A stretch of DNA of 63,876 nucleotides from Gracilinanus agilis. Taxonomy: Eukaryota. Made by a program: the position numbers and the translations under genes. Of this stretch, positions 60,090 through 63,876 are shown one piece after another. Position 1 is the first letter of the stretch. The number at the start of each line of letters is the position of its first letter. The DNA lies in contig NC_058131.1 in the NCBI RefSeq assembly GCF_016433145.1, forward strand, positions 376,030,949-376,094,824, written 5' to 3'. Under the pieces are notes generated by a model, which was not told the DNA's origin, ran no database searches, and saw nothing but the letters and a program-made list of their open reading frames with translations.

Positions 60090-62730
60090 TCATTCAGCCA
60101 GATTTTGGTGGCAGTTATCTATCAACTTCAGATCATTTTCTTTCTCAAGGACTTCAGTATTCTTCCTTTCCATCCCAATTCCTGTTCTAATATTTGATAA
60201 TAACTTCCATATTGATATTTCCTTGGTAATCCTTGCTTCCCATCAGCCTCAGCTCCTTTGATTTGTACCTTTATTCCACCTCAGCCACATATCTAGTCAT
60301 ACCCTTGGATTGTGTTACCTCCTCAATCCATAACTTTATTCCTCATCATCTATTTTTACAGTTGTCTCTGTACCTCATCTTTCTTGGAACTCCATCTCTC
60401 TCGTTTTTCTAGATTATTACCCCAGTTTTGGCCTCAATTGCCTCCCACCAAAAATTTTTACCCAGTTCAACTTTACATTATTCTCAAACCCTTGAGTCCC
60501 TTGCTCTGTTTTCTTGTCATTGCATCAATGCTTTCCAAACTCTATCTTTGGATTACTCTTATCATCTACCATCTTCTGCTTGCTAGTTGCTGAACTCTAG
60601 AGAAAGTCTTAAAACTGGGCCAACTCAGTCCAAGACAAATTTGTTACTCAGTCTCAATTGTTGTCCACAAATCTTTTTTCTTTTCTAATCAGGTTCTCTT
60701 CCTTTGTCCACATCAGCTGTTCTAAACCACTTTCCATCTACATCATCATCTTTCTCCCTCTTCTCAACAAGATGATTTTGATTCTATTTTGTGAGTAAAA
60801 TTTAGGCTATTCTTCTGTCTTCTCATCTCCAATTCCAAATCATCATCATCCCCTATCCGTGCAACTGCTGTAATCTTAGAGAATGAGGTGGTCCTTCTTG
60901 CCAAACATGTACCTTTAACCCCAGCTTTCAGTCTGTTCTGGCACTTTGTCCCTTTAATCTCATTCTATCCCTTAATCTTCCATCTCTTATTCACTGACTC
61001 CTCAGCTAAACTGTCCTCTAAGTCTCAATGCCTAGCTCTGTTATCTTCTGTAATCACTCTTGCCGGTCTCTTCAGTTTTTATAGGTTTATATATCATTTT
61101 TTTGCAGGTTACTCCCAAATCTACATATCCAGGCTGCTATATTAACCATCTGATAAGACATTGGTACTTCCTTGTTCATAGATAAATCAAACTCATCACT
61201 TAACAATCAAATTAATTTCCTTTTCCCTTAAACTAACACATCACAACTTCTCTGTTTTTGTCTAGGGCACCTTTGTTATCCTTTTGGTCATCCTGGTTAA
61301 CCTGTTATCTACTATTCTTTACTTTCACCATTCCACTCCCCATCTATCCAGTTACCATGTCTTGTCAGTCCACTTTCACATTTTTCACAGAGATCCCCCT
61401 TTTTCTGTTTTAAATCACAGCCACACTTTAACAACCTTCTCACTTCTCACCTGGACTGCTGTGAAGATAGCTGACATAAAAGTACATATCTGACCATGCC
61501 ATTTCCCTGCTCATGAAGCTCCAATTGCCTCCCTATTCCCTCTGGGAGAAAATATTCTGTTGTTTGACATTTAAAGGACTTTACTATCTAGTTCCAGAAT
61601 TACTACACATTATCTATATATTACACATTCTGTAATTTTGCCAGACTAGCCTATATGCTTGATGTCGCATGCAAAATTCCATTCCCTTTCTCTTGCTTTG
61701 CCTAAGATGCTTCTTCCATTCTTGGAATTAATTTCTTTTTCAGCTCTACCTTTTAGAAATCCTTACCTTCTTTCAAAGCTTAGTTCAAATGCTTCCTTTT
61801 CCCAGTTACTTTGTATTTCTTTTGTATATATTTTGTAACTACTTCCATATGTATATGTTTAATTTGCTTAATTTTTGTCTTTTTATCCCAAGAGCCTAGC
61901 ACAGTGGTTTGACTCGTATTAAATGCATAACAAATGCTTGTTGATTGCCAATATCTCCCCTATCCTTTAAAAACCTTCAGTTATATTGCCATCCTTTCAG
62001 GTTGTATAGCTGCAGTCTTTCATCAACTCTTAGAAATGGCTACACTGTTTCTAACATCTCCAATCAAATTTCTCTCTAAAGTCATCAATAAGCTCTTCAT
62101 TGCTAAATCCAATGGTTTTTCCCTCTGGCCACTGTCTGGATTCTCTTTCAGGGTTTTCATGACTGTTTTATCAATCCTTTCCAGGATCATCCTCCCCATC
62201 CTAACTCATGTGCATACACATTCTGGATCATTCCTAAATCCTCTTTTCTCACCCTACTTTCTTGGTTATTTGCTTAACTCTCATGAGTTCAACTGTCATC
62301 TCTCTGCAATTGACAACTAAATCTATAGGCCTAGCCTTCAACTCTTACCCACTCAAAATACTTCAGTGGCTTTCCATTGCCTCTAGGATAAAATTAAAAT
62401 TCTTCAGTTTGGCATTTAAAGTCCTTCCATTTTTGCTCCAACCAATGTTTTCAAGCTAATTACACATTACTTTCTTAAACCTTTCAATCAGATTTACTTA
62501 CCTACCCACCTCAATTCTATTCTACCATTATTCTCCTCTCACTTCTTCATTGGAACCCCTTAGGGCTTCCTTCAAATTTCAGTTCTAGTACTCCATACTT
62601 TGTATACATTATGTATTTACAATGAACCTTTGTATCTAGGTAGCAGAATGTAAATGCCTTGAGGGCAGAAACTGACTCACTTTTATATTTGTATCTCTAA
62701 TGCCTAGCAGTGTCTGGCTCATTCTTTAAT
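60090..62730 (+). mobile_element. Two consecutive LINE-2 relics filling NUDCD2 intron 3
   Basis: CT-rich L2 body with L2 3' ends at about 61890-61950 and about 62640-62730. Confidence 0.7.
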
Positions 62731-62803
62731 TGAATGCTTTTTATCATTGTACACAAACTTTATGTAAAAGTTGTAAATTTAGTAATCTCTTCACTCCTTT
62801 CAG

Positions 62804-62887
62804 AACCCGGGTTTTGACTTCAGTGGAGCAGAAATCTCAGGAAACTACAGTAAAGGTGGACCAGATTTCTCTAGTCTTGAAAAATAA
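62804..62887 (+). CDS. NUDCD2: NUDCD2 exon 4 (last coding exon)
   Basis: NPGFDFSGAEISGNYSKGGPDFSSLEK*; 84 nt; CDS totals 474 nt (157 aa). Confidence 0.98.
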   Translation, partial: NPGFDFSGAEISGNYSKGGPDFSSLEK

Positions 62888-63247
62888 AAACTGCCATTTT
62901 TCACTGTTCCATGGAGCCTAGAAGATGTTGCCAGTGTAAAAGGAATGGATTATGTGATAGAAGAAAATTTCACTTGCTTACACAACTGAATGAGAATTGT
63001 AAAACATTTAAATATGACTTCAAAGAATACATTCAAACTGTAGTTTACATAGAAAACATTCTGAATTTCAATGGAAACTTTTCTAGAGAAATGGTCTTTT
63101 TTTGGACTTTGCTCAGCAGGACATTTTAAACAAGTTTTGAACTCTTATTAATTTGTTATGCAGTAGGCCATAATCATGTAAAACTCAAGTGTGCCTTCAG
63201 GGGAAATTAAGTTTTTCTTTGGAAAACTGTAATTCAGAATAACTGTC

Positions 63248-63543
63248 AATAAAGCTTTCTAATTCCCACATGGGATAGGTGTTACCCACCAATTTTAGAG
63301 TACCAAAGGGAAATGATTAACTTTAAACATTCCAACAGGTGTTGGATATTAACAGTATATTAAATGGAAAAATAAAGTCTTATTCCTAAACTGTCATAAT
63401 ATTCCTATGAAACTTAGTTCTATTTTAGTTTCAAATAAGTTAAATGCCTTTTAATACTAAACATTTTTTTATGAGCATAAGGGGAGTAGCTTAAAAAATA
63501 TAATGTAAATACAGCATCTTTATAGGAAATGTAACACAATAAA
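63248..63543 (+). terminator. NUDCD2: Candidate NUDCD2 poly(A) signals
   Basis: AATAAA at 63248, 63371 and 63538. Confidence 0.6.
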
Positions 63544-63876
63544 CAACTTTAGCCATCAATCATTAGCTCCCTTTGGATAGACAGGGGTAAAAGCTGTCCT
63601 GTATAAGCAAGAACATTGTAATTTTGTTGTTTCTACCAATTTACTATTTTATGAAAATCAGATTGTTGATATTTTTTCCTATAATTTTGTATAAAACTGT
63701 AGTATCAAGTATTTGGATGTAATTGATTATTTGGGAAATAAGTTGGGAAATCAACAGAAGCCAAAGACACTTTTCTACTCCTTTATATTTAGATTGGTAG
63801 GTAGGTAGAGGACCAAGGCCCAATCTTATTTTATTTTCACTATAGATTATCAAATGATTTACAAGTAGACATTTGT

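Noticed and set aside
1-63876. CRISPR arrays, rRNA or tRNA genes, prokaryotic systems, or a novel protein-coding gene
   Set aside because: None seen. The tRNA-like A/B boxes all belong to SINE heads, and every convincing coding segment belongs to MAT2B, HMMR, NUDCD2 or degraded LINEs.

Overview
This is AT-rich vertebrate DNA, very probably from a didelphid marsupial such as the opossum Monodelphis. The basis is the SINE-1_MD-like, MAR1 and marsupial L1 repeats plus an OC1-like transposon; the species call is inference. It contains the conserved three-gene block MAT2B (minus), HMMR/RHAMM (minus) and NUDCD2 (plus), with HMMR and NUDCD2 head-to-head. I could read all coding exons by hand, with GT-AG junctions and consistent phases. 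MAT2B has two alternative first exons (V1 334 aa, V2 323 aa) and 6 shared exons; HMMR has 18 exons (723 aa); NUDCD2 has 4 exons (157 aa). The rest is mostly transposon relics (SINEs, L1, L2, L3/CR1, hAT MITEs, a solo LTR), microsatellites and two N gaps. I see no convincing evidence of a new gene or new biological system, and nearly all other entries in the ORF track are noise or repeat remnants. The best leads are: (1) an OC1-like hAT element in the MAT2B V2 first intron that carries a 16-bp hairpin topped by the METTL16 nonamer UACAGAGAA in the sense strand; (2) an early HMMR stop codon followed by 3'UTR sequence still alignable to the human C-terminal tail; (3) a solo LTR with intact promoter and poly(A) architecture just downstream of MAT2B; (4) an ORF1-only, HAL1-like L1 element; (5) the CHR/CCAAT/NRF1 layout of the HMMR-NUDCD2 promoter. 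Comparisons with human sequences are from recall, not from alignment.
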